Origin: the human T2T-CHM13v2.0 reference genome, Homo sapiens
Length of the DNA: 64,000 bases
Assembly: GCF_009914755.1 (NCBI RefSeq)
Contig: NC_060929.1
Direction: 5' to 3' (one strand)
Shown: positions 22,120 to 42,393 of the stretch, piece by piece
Layout of the letters: the number at the start of each line of letters is the position of its first letter
Numbering within the stretch: position 1 is the stretch's first letter
Translations under genes and position numbers: made by a program
Notes under the pieces: generated by a model
Databases searched by the model: none
Seen by the model: only the letters and a program-made list of their open reading frames with translations
What the model was told of the DNA's origin: nothing

Positions 22120-22470
22120 TATTGAATGAACGAACTACAGCTTCATGCAACATTGTGGATGAATCTCACAAATATAATATTGAGTGAAAGAAGCCAGACG
22201 CAAAAGAGTACATTGTATGATTCCGTTCATATAAAGTTCAAAAACTAAAACCAGTTTGGAAGTCAGGGTAGTGGTTACCATTGGGAGGCTGGGTAGTGAC
22301 TGAAAGGGAGCACAAGATGGGGCTTTTGGTATGTGGATAATGTTCTGTTTCTTCCTCTGGGTGCTGGTTACACAGGTGTGTGTTCATTTTGTGAAAAAAA
22401 TTCAAACTATACACTTAATGATTTGTATATTTTTTTGTATCTACATTATACTTCACAAAAAATTTTTAAA
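22120..22470 (+). mobile_element. L1ME/L1MD-type 3' end
   Basis: tggatgaatctcacaaatataatattgagtgaaagaagccagac...tgtatgattcc. Confidence 0.7.
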
Positions 22471-22536
22471 TGATATTGACTATGAACTAGCTTGATGTCA
22501 ACCTTTGCTAAGATTGCGATTTATTTTTCTTCAAAG

Positions 22537-22664
22537 GTGCCAATGTTAACAGGGCTACAGCCAATAATGATCATACAGTAGTGTCGCTGGCATGTGCAGG
22601 AGGCCACCTGGCAGTTGTTGAGCTTCTCTTGGCTCATGGGGCTGACCCTACTCATCGACTCAAG
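22537..22664 (+). CDS. ANKHD1: ANKHD1 coding exon, 128 bp (ANVNRATANNDHTVVSLACAGGHLAVVELLLAHGADPTHRLK)
   Basis: tcaaag|GT...AAG|gtagtc; phase 1 to 0. Confidence 0.95.
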
Positions 22665-22690
22665 GTAGTCTACTTAAAAATAAGTAAACA

Positions 22691-22810
22691 GGCTGTGTGC
22701 GGTGGCTCATGTCTATGATCCCAGCACTTTAGAAAGCTGAGGCGGGTGGATCACTTGAGCCCAGGAGTTTGAGACTAGTCTAGGCAACATAAGGAGACCC
22801 CATCTCTATT

Positions 22811-22859
<49 letters not shown>
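22691..22859 (+). repeat. FLAM/Alu left monomer with a (CA)~23 microsatellite tail (22814-22859)
   Basis: Direct reading. Confidence 0.88.
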
Positions 22860-22861
<2 letters not shown>

Positions 22862-23018
22862 ATGTATGTGTATATATATAAATAATATGTGTATAGTTAT
22901 AAAAATATGTTTGATCTATCTTAGTGCTTAGTATTTAATACTGTTTAAATGAGTTTTGATTTTATATGAGCTGCTAAGAAACTATAAAGAATTAATTATC
23001 ATGGCAATTCTTTTTCAG

Positions 23019-23162
23019 GATGGTTCAACAATGCTCATTGAAGCTGCAAAGGGTGGCCATACTAATGTAGTTTCTTATCTGTTGGATTATCCAAATAATG
23101 TTCTGTCAGTTCCCACCACAGATGTGTCTCAGCTCCCTCCACCTTCTCAAGATCAGTCTCAG
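23019..23162 (+). CDS. ANKHD1: ANKHD1 coding exon, 144 bp (DGSTMLIEAAKGGHTNVVSYLLDYP...QDQSQ), end of ankyrin cluster 1
   Basis: tttttcag|GAT...CAG|gtaaag; phase 0 to 0. Confidence 0.95.
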
Positions 23163-23411
23163 GTAAAGTAAAATGGAGCTTGTTTGTTAATATAAATATT
23201 CTTCAACATGATTAGAAGTTTTTGTTTAAAATCAGTTTTAAGCAAAATGGACTTGTTTTTATTCTCTGTTACATATTGAGAAAATCATGACTCTAAATTC
23301 TTTAGGATTTATTTTCTTTAAAGGTACACTGAAATTTGTTATTGCCTTATTTATTGAGAATAGTGGTTTTTAAAAACCACTTAATATCAAATATAAACGT
23401 AAGTATTCTAA

Positions 23412-23904
<493 letters not shown>

Positions 23905-24388
23905 TAACTTTTAAACCCACCTTAAATTATGGAGCTTTTACTAGTATATTAAGTTGGTGAAATCTAAATTCTTTTCTACAAAGTCATTCTGAAAACTGCT
24001 AGCATACCCCAATTGAAGAAATATATTACATTTTTGTTTTCTTTTGATCCATGTAGAATTTGAACAAGGGTAAATTGGCTAGTGGATAGTGAATATGTGA
24101 CTTGTACCCCTAGCTACAATTGGAACCAGCAAGGCGTTCTATTCAGCAAGGGAGTAATGTTATTTCCATTTAGCTTAAAATCATTGACTATTTGTAGATT
24201 CCCCGACTGTCTAATCATTAGTCTCAAAAATTATTGCTTGGTGAAAGCTTTTTTTAAAAAAAGCTTCAGGAAACAAAAGTGCATTTGGTGGTATATGAAG
24301 ATAACCTAAAACAGGATATCTGTTTCATTTATGGGCCTTTGTCTTATTCTTTGGTCTGAGATGATTTTTTTCTGAGTTGACTTTTTAG

Positions 24389-24491
24389 GTGCCACGTGTG
24401 CCAACGCATACACTTGCCATGGTTGTACCTCCCCAGGAACCTGACAGAACTTCACAGGAGAACTCTCCTGCCCTTTTAGGAGTGCAAAAAG
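24389..24491 (+). CDS. ANKHD1: ANKHD1 coding exon, 103 bp (VPRVPTHTLAMVVPPQEPDRTSQENSPALLGVQK)
   Basis: ctttttag|GTG...AAAG|gttagt; phase 0 to 1. Confidence 0.92.
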
Positions 24492-25720
24492 GTTAGTTAT
24501 TGAATTATTTTTCTTAAAATGGGTATTTTTTCACCTAATTGATAAATCCAGAAATGTACTTTAATGATACAGAGTTACTGTGTACCCATGGCTAATTGAG
24601 GTAGATAATTCTGACAAATGCAAATAGTCTTACTATCTAAAACCAAAAAGACGTGTTAGGAAAAATGACTTTTTATTATTTTCCTGTTAACATACTGATA
24701 GTTGTAGCTTTCATCTGGCACAGATGAAAACACTTAAGAAACAAGCCAAGTTCTTGATTATATTTAAGTAACCACAGTTTATCAGACATTCATTTTTCAT
24801 TTGATAATTCTTTAGCTAACCAATAGTAAATGAAGAGTAAAAATGCATATTTGCTATCTAGTTAAGTCTTTGTAACATTGATTCAGTTAATGAGTGAGAA
24901 GTTTAAGAATTACATTCAGTTGCATTTATGCAATGCTGAATATAGTAGATTATCATCTGTCACTATGTGAACCTGGACAAATAACTATCAAAATAAAATG
25001 TGTACAAGTAATATCCAAATGACTATTAAGAAGGAGAGTATACTACTTAAAAAACTCAAGTTTATGAGCTCTGATATGTTTCTGCTGTCTTTATATTTGT
25101 AAATGAAATGTACCTTCATGTATAAATGTACCTTCACTTCATAATTATGTATAGTTGTAATATCTGAGTTTTCTGAAATAAAGAAAATAGTTAATATGTA
25201 GGATGTTTAAAACTATGTAAAAACAAACTTATGAACATCGTTCATTTAGTGTATGATAATCAAGTCCTAGATATTGAAATCACAATGAGGTATGTAAGTG
25301 TATATAAATATCTGTAACACTGATTTAAGAAAAGTTGGTGTGGGTTGACTGTTATAGCAGCAAACAGAAATTTCTTTCAAATTATGCCAATTTTAGTAAT
25401 TTAAAGTATTGGGGGCCTTTACCAGGGCTAAACTATTAATTTCAGAGATGAAATATCTGTAGTCTCTCTGATTTAAGCTAATTCTAGCAGTTTTTCATGG
25501 AACACCTAGCTATTCAAAATTTTCCTGCTGTTTTTAATCTTAACAATTAAAAAGCAAATTAAACATGCATCTGTAAGTATCATAATCAGCTGATATTTAA
25601 CCTTTAGTAAAATATTTAAAGCTAAATGCCTCTGTTTTTATTGTTTTCTTTGGGGGGGAGTTTATTTGGCTAAACCTTATAGAGGACTGTAGTAACTTTG
25701 GCTTTGGAAACTCAATACTA

Positions 25721-26935
<1,215 letters not shown>

Positions 26936-28447
26936 AACACAGATCCACAAAACAATCAAGAAATAAGCTAGATAGAGTGTATGCCAAGAGGAAATAAAAA
27001 CATTTTAAATTTAGGTTTAATATGTAAATACTCTGAGATGTTTAGGTAGTGATTTTTTAAGTTTATACTCTAGTGAGTAACCATATTTTTGCTTACTGAA
27101 ATATCTTGGATTATTTAGTTATTTTCTGCATTTTGATGTTTTATTACTTACTAAATAGTATAAACATGGACTACCTTTCTAAGGAATCATTTTACTAGAT
27201 TATTAGGGTTATCCCTAATTAACATTTGTATTTAGATCACTTGGGCACTTGCTACTGCTATCAACCAAATGGCATTGGCAATCTAACAGTTACTTATGTA
27301 GGATCAAACTGCGATAGTGCATTGTGTTAAAATGTCATGTTAGTATAAATCATGCATATCATAGAATATTATGTTGCTATGAATTAGGAAAAATCATTTA
27401 ATTATGGAAAAGAACACACTGAATTACCAGGATAGGAAAACCTATCTTAAATAAAGACTTAACTTTTTTTTTATACTTAAAGCTCCTTTTTCTTCTTAAA
27501 GCTTCTCTTTTATGTCTCTGGAAAAGCTCCCTTGAGTGATGAAATTGCTGTTTGACCTTTTTGTTTTTGTTTCTTCTAAGTCCATATATTCTGTGTCGTG
27601 TATGTGATTAGGGATGGACAAAGGGTTCTTATTCCCTAGGACTCTCTTTTCCTCTTCCAGCGATCATCTTTTCAGGTTCTTATAACATTTTACTCCTGTC
27701 TGTTTTTAGTAAATCTTTTTATTATTCATATCCTCATCCTTTTAAAAATGTATTAATGCCCATAAATCTTACCCAGGTGTTTGATATATGTTCTACTCAG
27801 ATATTCTTTTCTTTCATGCCCCATGTGTACCATTTGTACAGGCTCCGTCCATCTTGATTCATAACCTCCCGATTTAGGCAACTTGATCTCACTTGTCTGT
27901 TGGTTTTCAAGGATTCAGGATTCTAGGTGGCATCTAACAGAGGCCTCAGAATCACGTCCATAAAATATGAAACTCAGAGTGACATGCTCAGTTTTCTAGC
28001 ATTATTTAACTTTATTACCTGCAGTTACAAATATTCAGATGGGAAAGGATACATAAGTAATGTAAATCCGTTGCCTTGTTATAACTGGTTCTACAGAAAG
28101 ATTCATTTTGATCTTTTGCAAGTTGTGTAACTTAGAATTAATCTGCTGCAAAGCATTTAAAATTATGTCAGGATAAACAAAACACATCTTTTGTGTATAC
28201 CTCAAGCCCTCCTGAGGAGTAATTTCCTTTTCTCTGAAATTCTAGAGTACTTCATTGGATCTTCCTTCCAGTTCTTGTCACTTTTGCTTGCTCCCCTCCC
28301 CTTGGGACCTCAAGTGTAGAGGGTTGAGTTAATCATACTCAATTTCTGGTGCTTTATCACCATAACTTCTCTCTTGTTTCATTTATTCCCTTTTATTTCT
28401 CTTTCCATTCCCCTGCTTCCCCCATAGATAATCATTTCAATATTTGA

Positions 28448-28899
<452 letters not shown>

Positions 28900-30464
28900 G
28901 ATTACCTTGTATTTTTAATTTACATAAATAGTATTGTGCTACAGATTTCATTTTGTTTTTTCCCTTTGTTTACTCAGTACTGTTTTTAAGATTTATCCAC
29001 CTATCTCTAGATTGTTTCTACCTATAGCATAGTGCTTCACACCCTGTATATCCTCCATGTTTTACCTGTCCTTTCTCCCAGTGACGAATATCCTGATTGC
29101 CTCTATTTTCTCACCCCCACTAACAATGCTTTGATGAAAATATTTGTATAGTCCCTTTATGGATCTATATAAGAATTTCTTTGGAACATCATCTCCCCAC
29201 TTAGACTGTAAGCTCCTTAAGGGCAGGGTTTATGTTGCTTATCTTTATATGGTCTACTATGCCTTGCTTGTATTAGATGTTTAAGTACTTATTGAATAAA
29301 TTAATGAGTGCAAGGCTAAGAATATAGATTATTTTGAAGGCAGAAGAAAATTCTTAAGCATTTTTAAGAAAGACATTGTGATTAAAGAGATGTTTTAAAA
29401 AAGTAATCAAGAAGTAGCATTCTAGAATGGTGGGAACGAGATTGAAAACAGAAGCGTAAATGTAAAGTAAGAATTAAATTGGCATGCTGCTTTTATATGT
29501 TAGAGTTGCTTTTTGGAGTAAGTGACATGAAAAGTTCTCACATTTTTATATCAAATCATTAAAATTATATAGAAAAATTGTATATACAGTGAATGGTATT
29601 CAGTATTCCTCTGGAAACTTTACTGATAATATTCTTTAGTCACTTTCCATTATATAATCATTCTTATATGGATTTACACATGCCCAAATTTGATAATATC
29701 TTTTAACATATAACTGCTTATAGTAATAAGAAGAAGATTGAATTAATCTGTTAACATGTAACACAGATGTTTCTTTGGACACCCTTGGTTAAGTGATTGC
29801 TATGTTAAAATGTATAATGTGTCCTGTTAGTTTGGGAAATTTTGAGAGGAATATTTAGACATAAAGGAAAAATAAGTCAATTCTAGGTTAGTGGCTTTCA
29901 TTTTTGACTATGACCACAATAAGAAACATTTTATATTGAAGCCCAGGACACATCATACATCTGTTTATCAAAACAGAAATTCCAGTGGATAATAAACACT
30001 CTACTACATTTGATGCACTGTGTTATTTTTAGTTATACTTTTTCAACCTGATTTTCTATTTGAGATCCAGTTGGGAATGCTGTTTAAAAATCATTCTAGT
30101 AGGGTGCTGTGTGATGATGTAAGCAAGGGAATTACAGAACAAGGTTTAAGTTTTATAGACAAAACCAAGTAAGGAAATATGAAATCTAGTCTAGATCCTT
30201 CTGTATATCATGTTTTTTTCCCATTGGCCATTATTTTTCCATTGTACAATGCACTGATTATTTTTAGACACAAAAATGATTGATAGGATTAAGCTCAATC
30301 CAATAAAAAACTAAATATTTGGCAAATACATGTCCACCTCATTCCTTCACTGCCAATAAAAAAATAAAGGCCATGTTTAAGCTGTCACTACATCATGGCT
30401 TCTAATACAGATTTTTTCTAGTTTTGTTAATGGAGGGAAAGTGAGAGGCAAAGGAATAGGATAG

Positions 30465-30800
<336 letters not shown>

Positions 30801-32309
30801 ACCTTTATTTTTAAATAGTACTTTATGATATCATTCACTGATACCAGTGAATAGATGTCTTTGTATCTGACACTGTAAGCTGTTTGAAGGAGATAGAACC
30901 CTTTTATTTTCTGGTATCTTATAATACTACTTACTACCTGTTGAAAATTTTGTTGCTAAAAGAATACTTGTCTTAATCTCTACCCAGAAACTGTAGATGT
31001 TGCTTTAGTTTCTAGGACTAATTAGGCGACATTATCTGTTTTTCACCAATCTGTTTTATTCTTGATGTTATAGCTTGTGTTAGTCCTTTGATGTGTCTTT
31101 AGGCAATTCCACTAACTCCATGGCTATTTTGAGATGAACCACTTTTTATGCATCATTTTTGCCATCTTCCATTTTTAATGCTACATACGTTCTGGGCTTA
31201 TAGTTTGTCTATTCATAAATTACTCTTAGTAATCTTGTGTTCCACGCTTCTTGCATATTATTTGTTAACAAGATAGACAGGGCCATTCCTATCTGTTACT
31301 GTCCTCAAAATTCTACTCTTATTTTGGATTATACTATGTATAAAGATTTTAAATCTGTGAATGTCCAGTGGGGTCATAACATAATTACTAACCAGTCTGG
31401 TTAGTGTTGAACTCTTACCTAGTTTTCCTGAATCTTAAATACAAATTGCTTAGTAGCTATACAAGGGTGTTTTGAAACTAATGGATGTTTAAAGGACCAT
31501 GGACCATTCAGTCTTTGTAGAACTTCTAAATGTACTCGAGTGATGTCATTGAATTTATTACATGACTGAATATTTCTTTGCTATTGCTGTGGATTTGTAC
31601 ATTGCTATTTGTGACCATTTACCTTCCTTTTCTTGTTGATTGTCATTAGGCACTTTAAACAAATACTGTAAATCAAAACAGGGACTCCTATATGGTCTTA
31701 GGAAAGTAATAATAAAATTAGCTCACAAATCTAATTGCTTTTGCTCTGAAAGAATAAAGTCTTTTTCCATCATTTTTACTCAGAAAGAAATATAAATTGA
31801 GGAAGGCTGAGGCTGGAGAATTACTTTAGGCCAGGAGTTCAAGACCAGGCTGAGCAACATAGCAAGATCCCATCTCTTAAAATTATATATATATAAATTG
31901 AATATAGACAGTGTACTTTGCAATTTAAGGAATAACTAAGCCTCTGAAAGTGATTGCAGTGATATTGAAATTGTGGTCATCTTACCTTATTAAAGACAGT
32001 ATGTAGGTGAAAAACTTAGACTTTTTTAGTAATGACACATGTTGCATATGTTTGAGCTACCTGCAGTTTTGAGATCTCTATTCTAGCAAAAAAGTAGATG
32101 AATCTCTAATTTTTTTTTCTTCAGTAGTTTTGTCACCCCTTTGAAATTCAGAACATTTCATGTCTCTAAATGATCTTTTTTCCTTTGGACTTGAGAATCA
32201 TTTTTAATACAATGGATGATTTTATTTTAAAAATTCCCAAATTACCTATGTTATTCATATATGTTGACTGCAATTCAAAATAATAGATAACTTTTTTACC
32301 CAGCTTTTC

Positions 32310-32979
<670 letters not shown>

Positions 32980-33955
32980 TAGTCCTACTTCTAAACAAGA
33001 TTAAGCCTTAGATTTGCCTCAGAGTAGGTATTGTACGTCAAAAAATTTATGTCCTTCATTTCATGTCCATATGTTAGGATTATTAATATTGATAATTATT
33101 TTTCAGCTGATTTGTTATGAAGGAAGGAACTTAAGTGTAATTTAAAACCTTAAAATAATATACATTGCCATTGTTTGTTAACATATACTGTCAGCATGAG
33201 TAACCCTAAATGGGAAGTCTGATTTTCTCCTAGGATCATTTATTGTTTCTCTCATAGACAGAATTTACTTGAAGTGTTCATTTAAATGCAAGTTGTCCTT
33301 TGCATAGTAAGTTTAACAGTGTTCCAGTACAGATGTGTTAAAGGTATATTTAATGGAGAATTTTAGAAAGACATGTCTTGAAAAAACTGATTTCACATTA
33401 TATTTCAATATAAGAAGAAAAATATTTTGACTGAAAAACACTATCCCCTACTTTGATCTGTAAGTTTTGGTCTTTTGCATTAACTCTGCATTGCTTGCAG
33501 AGTTGATATTGCTAAAAGAATGATTGTTCTAAATGGGCAGTTAACATTTCTGGTATTTTCAACGCTATTTTGATACTGCTTTAGATTTGGTGTTCTTTAA
33601 AAAGTCCAATCTAATCAGCAGAATTTTGAGATTCTTGCCTCTTGGTTTTCCTTTTCCCCGCCCCTGACTTAATTTCCAAAATCCTCCTATCCTAAAGTAG
33701 ATTTTTAAAACTTCACAGTTTTTGAATTAGCAACATCCTAGTTTGTGCTGCTTGAAATAGATGAGTATAGGCTTTAACCTGCCTAACACTGGTGTGACTC
33801 TGAACATTCATTCTATAACATTAGTTATAAGGGTTTTGGGAGGGAGGTCCGTGTGTGTGGGAGGGGAGGCTGGTTTTCTTTTTTTTTTTTTCTTTTCTTT
33901 TTTTTTTTTTTTTTTTTTAGCATGGCACTCTTTCAAACATTTTTCATGTGCTTAG

Positions 33956-34714
33956 GTACATCCAAGCAGAAGTCCAGTTCCCTCCAGGTAGCAGATCAGG
34001 ACCTACTGCCATCTTTTCACCCATACCAGCCTTTGGAGTGCATAGTAGAGGAGACTGAAGGCAAGCTGAATGAACTGGGACAAAGAATTAGTGCTATTGA
34101 AAAAGCACAGCTTAAGTCACTGGAGTTAATTCAAGGTGAACCTCTGAACAAAGATAAGATAGAAGAACTTAAAAAGAACAGAGAAGAGCAAGTCCAGAAG
34201 AAGAAGAAAATATTGAAAGAACTGCAGAAAGTGGAAAGGCAGTTGCAGATGAAAACACAGCAGCAATTTACCAAAGAATACTTGGAAACCAAAGGTCAGA
34301 AAGACACAGTGTCTCTACACCAACAGTGCTCTCATAGAGGAGTCTTCCCAGAAGGGGAAGGAGATGGTAGTCTCCCAGAGGATCACTTTTCAGAGTTACC
34401 TCAGGTTGACACAATCTTATTTAAAGATAATGATGTTGATGATGAGCAACAGTCTCCACCATCGGCAGAACAGATTGATTTTGTCCCAGTCCAGCCTTTA
34501 TCATCTCCACAGTGTAACTTTTCCAGTGACTTAGGTTCTAATGGGACAAATTCTCTTGAACTTCAGAAAGTATCAGGTAATCAGCAGATTGTAGGACAGC
34601 CTCAGATTGCTATTACTGGACATGATCAGGGGCTGTTAGTTCAAGAACCAGATGGACTAATGGTTGCAACTCCAGCTCAGACGCTTACCGACACTCTTGA
34701 TGACCTGATAGCAG
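33956..34714 (+). CDS. ANKHD1: ANKHD1 large linker exon, 759 bp (253 codons), with a coiled-coil segment
   Basis: gcttag|GTACA...GCAG|gtgggt; open throughout; phase 1 to 1. Confidence 0.93.
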
Positions 34715-35296
34715 GTGGGTTAAGAAATATATCTGTAATAATTTCTCTTTAATCTGTGTGCTGAACTTCTTTATATACCCCTCCAAAAACGTAGACTTTG
34801 TACGTTTCCATTTTAGAACTTTGTAAAATTACCCATTTCTCGAAGTATTTTGGAAGTGAATTAACTATGCTCAATAGCACTAACACACAAAAGTGTGTTT
34901 TCCCCTCTTCTTTTTTGTCATATTGCAAAGGCAAAGAAATAAAGTTGCCACAATCCTTTGTTTTAAACCGTTGGTATCAAAACCACTGTGTGCTGTGACT
35001 TGGGTAGGAGATCTCAAAGTAGAATTTCTTTGTAGGCTTTTAGAAGTATTCGTATAAGATTATACTTAAAATTTTCCTGCTGTTGATTTTCATGTCTGGA
35101 AATTTAAAATCACACAGCTTTTTTAATTTGTAATTTTATTAGATCAACTTACGTATTTCCAATTAAATGGGATGTTCAGATAAAACTAAGTATTCCATAT
35201 TATAATATTTGTGGTTAGAAGATAAGGTGCATTAAAATGATTGTCACTTGATGATTTGAAGATTGGGATTTTTGCATTAACTTTCTTAATGAAAGC

Positions 35297-35312
35297 ACAC
35301 AACCACACCACA

Positions 35313-35352
<40 letters not shown>
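35297..35352 (+). repeat. Interrupted (CA)n microsatellite
   Basis: Direct reading. Confidence 0.92.
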
Positions 35353-35357
<5 letters not shown>

Positions 35358-37296
35358 AAAAGGCCTGATAACCTTGAAGTATATGTTTCTGTTTATTGTT
35401 GTGTGGAAAATTACAACTAGATATGAAATGAGGTGCACAAGTTTACTTTCCCTTTCATTGTCCTTGCAGCAGTGGGAAAACAGTGCAATTAATCATTTAC
35501 CTTCCTAAAGATGGCTGGTGAATGTATCACCTCCATGAGAGCCCAATTCAGAAATGCAGCCAGAATGGCTGTTGACAGTGGATGAAGACCAAGAACTAAG
35601 ATGTAGCTGGAGTGATATTCAAAGGCAGGCCAGTCCTCTGTCTCTTGATTGCAACATTTTTTTCCTTACTGTTGTCTGTTGCCTCTTGTCATATTCTCCT
35701 CCCCTTCTCCCATCCCAATTATGCTATCTCAGTTTCCTTTCTTCTTTTGTGAGCCTTTAGTCTTCCTGATCTTTACTGAATCTTTTTAAATGTGGAATAA
35801 GATTACTGAAATCAGGAATTTTATTGGGCATGTGTTTGACTTCCAATGGTTATAGAATTGTGATATTGCCTTTGAGGCTCCTCTGATATGTAATAGGTAT
35901 CATTGTGCAGAGGAGGAATGTCTTAGTTTTCTTAAAGAAAATTAAAATTCTGGGAAATGTTTTAAGGAGTTAGGCTCTTTGTTCTTTAATTTGGGTTTTT
36001 ATATCTTCAGTTGGTAGACACAAATTAACTTTGTATTATTAGCATTGAAAGTTGTTATAAATTGTGAATAAATTCTTGTAGTTCATTTGGAATTCTAATT
36101 TTAATCTGGGTAAAAACAGATTTTAGAATGTGAAGTATGATTACGAATAATAATGATGAAACTGATGAACTGGGAATAACATTTTTAACATGTAGTGTTC
36201 TGTAACTAGCATTATAATGTTCCTAATTAAGTGCACAGTTTGCAGTTATGAAATCTGTGTTACTGATTAGTTCAGTTATGTTAGAACTTTTTTTTTTTTT
36301 AAAGAATGTAGAAATAGCTCTAAAAGGAACTTGTAAGTGTTAAGGAACATCAAGTTTTATTTCACTGAAGTATTTGTTAAATTAGTCTTTTACAAAGTTT
36401 GCATGAAACTTAGAAAATTGGCTTAGAAATTATCTTTTTATTAATATAAACAAAATTTAATTTGTGTTAGACATTAATACCTACCACATTGTACAATATT
36501 CTTTTATTAATAAGTTTTAAATTTTAAATCAGCCAACAGGTACAAAAATTATCTTCATGTAAAAACTTCCATTTTTGTGAAGGCTATGTGTTTTGAACTA
36601 TATGGCAGTAATTATATTTTCTTTATTCAAGATGATGTACCTGTCTTAAATTTAAATATTATATTTTCTTAAGTCAAAGTTTGTCTTAATTTTCTTAGTT
36701 GAAGGTAAAATAAATAAGGCAAGGGTGAATTAGGTTAATACCTAATGCTGTAATTGTAAAACATATTAACATATTGGTAAGATTATAGAGTAGGACAAAT
36801 ATATAATTAATTTTACTTAACTCTAGTTCTTACCACTCATATTAGTAAAGAATACTGTACATCTTAAAATTCTACTTTAGAATTTTACTTTAGAAGTAAA
36901 TTTTACTTTAGAAGAATTTTAGATGTATGATAACAGTACATTTTACTTTTTAAATATAGGAGTATTATTTCCTTATTGCTATTCTTTCAAAATATTTGTT
37001 GTGATAATAAGTTGTTTATATAATTTATTAATGTTGCAACTTGATTAGCTGATTAACTTAGCCCTTTAGTGTGTTGTTTGATACGTGTCATACATGATGT
37101 AGTTCCAAACAGACTATATAAATTATTGATTAGGAACATGGTTCCTCAAGTCCTTCTGAAAGTGAGCATTGGGTTTTTAGCAGTTACCATAATAGCAAGT
37201 GATTCTCAAAGTTCAAATGTCTAGGAATATAAAGTAATTTAAAGAAATTCAAAATAGCTTTTACCTTTGAGCAGTTCTAGAAATACTTAGTAAAAT

Positions 37297-39493
<2,197 letters not shown>

Positions 39494-40940
39494 AGCATAC
39501 CGTATAAGTTTAATTTGAATTATATATAGATGTTTGTGGTAGCAGTCTGTCTTGGTCACTTTCAGAGATATTTCATTCAGAGGTAGGAAATATTTTAGAA
39601 TTTATGAAAATGTCATAGTCTTGGTGTAATTTTCTCTTGATACAACCTTTATTCCACATGCACTTTTTAAATCTCTTGCTACTTCCTAGTTTTAGAACTT
39701 TTCATTTGTAATTAGTCCTGTTAAAGGCACTTGCTATGGAATGTTTCTGACTGTCATTATTACATGGAGTGAAAAAATGCTTCTAGGATAATGTAGTACA
39801 AAAATGTTTAGTAATTATTGTAACAACACATTTTTGTTAACAAAGCTGTTAAATGCACAAAAGTACTTTTTAAAAGCCAACTCTGTGAAGAAGTTTCTTA
39901 TCACATTCTGGCATAGCACTCTAATCAACTATTCAAAAAAATTTTTATATACCTGTTTTTCATAATAAAGAGAGATGAGATAACATAAATAAAATACTGA
40001 TAGAAAAGTAGTTCTTTACTAAAGTATATGTTAATAATTGTGGGACCACTACTGAAGTCTTACTGTTAGAAAGGTTCTGTAACATATTAATCTTCAGTGT
40101 CTTGTTTTTTCAAGCAGTTTTCCAAACATATCAGCTATTTTGAGGAGGTGTAACAAAATAGTATCTGCTTTTAACTCATTGAATGACAACAATTTTTCAT
40201 TATTACTATTATTTTTTTCTTGGCCACTTCTTCCAGGAAAAAAATGACAAAAAATTTTAAGGCTTTGTTTCCATTTTGCATATTCTTATAGGTGAAACAA
40301 ACATATGTAATAATTATTCCTATTTGTAACTAAATAGTTAAATTATGTTATTTATGTGATGACAGAAGCTGGAGAAATTTGTATTGCCAAGATGGTTATA
40401 TATGTTGGTGGGGATGAGCTGGGTAGCTCATGTAGAAATATATCTGGGCATCTTAAACTTTGCTCACTTATTTAAACTAGTAATCTACTAAACTGAGTCA
40501 TTCACACTTACGAATAGTATCTTTGAATGGGATCTAGTCATATCAAAAATTCTAGAGAGAAAATATTTTCCAACACTTAAAATGCTTACATTTTTCTTTA
40601 AGTCCTACGTGTTTTTGACTGACTTTTAATCTGGGTGCAAATGTAAGGTTATTGCCATCACTGATGCTTTGTTGATTTTTTTGTATATTATTACTGATTA
40701 TATGTTTTTTTCTGAGTTTTTCCTTTCTTGAGTGAATAATGTTTTTATTTTTCAATACAATGAATAATAGTATTGACAATCCTATAAAATATCTGATAGT
40801 TACATCTATTGAGCACCCACCATTTGCTAAAAACACTGTGTTAAATGCTTTATATACAGTATCTCTTAGACTACTCACAACATCCCTGAGATAGGTCCTG
40901 TTTCCCCCCGTGGTCAAACTCCATCTCTTAAGAAACATAA

Positions 40941-41833
<893 letters not shown>

Positions 41834-41909
41834 TAAAATCTAGAATTCCTTTTATTTACTTTTATTTTTGGAAATTTTTTTTCCTCCCTGTTGGCAATGC
41901 AAAAAGCTA

Positions 41910-42150
41910 CTATTTAATGTATGTGCACTAAATATCAGGTGCTGTGTTAAGTATTTTATCTGCATTGCCTCAGTGGTCTTTCCAATAACCTTCCAAGGCA
42001 GGTACCATTATTTTCGCCATTCTACATATAGGGAAAATTGAAGCTCAGAGAAGTTAAATTACTTGCCCAAGATCAGAAAGTCAGTGTTGGAACTAATATT
42101 TAAATGTAGGTCTGTCTGATTCCAAAGCTTGTGATTTTACTATTACTACA
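41910..42150. mobile_element. MIR
   Basis: Core gaaaattgaagctcagagaagttaaattacttgcccaagatca. Confidence 0.65.
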
Positions 42151-42247
42151 TATTACTGCTATGGAAATTTCTGTTTTTGTGTTTTTCTATGTACAAATAA
42201 CCTTACTCTTTTAAGTGGAATTTAGCAATATGAATATTGTTTTTCAG

Positions 42248-42393
42248 CTGTGAGTACCAGAGTGCCCACTGGTTCCAACAGTTCTTCTCAGACCACAGAG
42301 TGTCTTACACCTGAATCCTGTTCGCAGACTACAAGCAATGTGGCTTCCCAATCGATGCCTCCTGTGTATCCTTCAGTTGACATTGATGCACAT
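42248..42393 (+). CDS. ANKHD1: ANKHD1 coding exon, 146 bp (VSTRVPTGSNSSSQ...PSVDIDAH)
   Basis: ttttcag|CT...CAT|gtgagt; phase 1 to 0. Confidence 0.94.

Noticed and set aside
33853-34752. 299-aa ORF as a standalone gene
   Set aside because: It is the 759-bp ANKHD1 exon plus intronic read-through; the poly-Phe N-terminus is the T tract.
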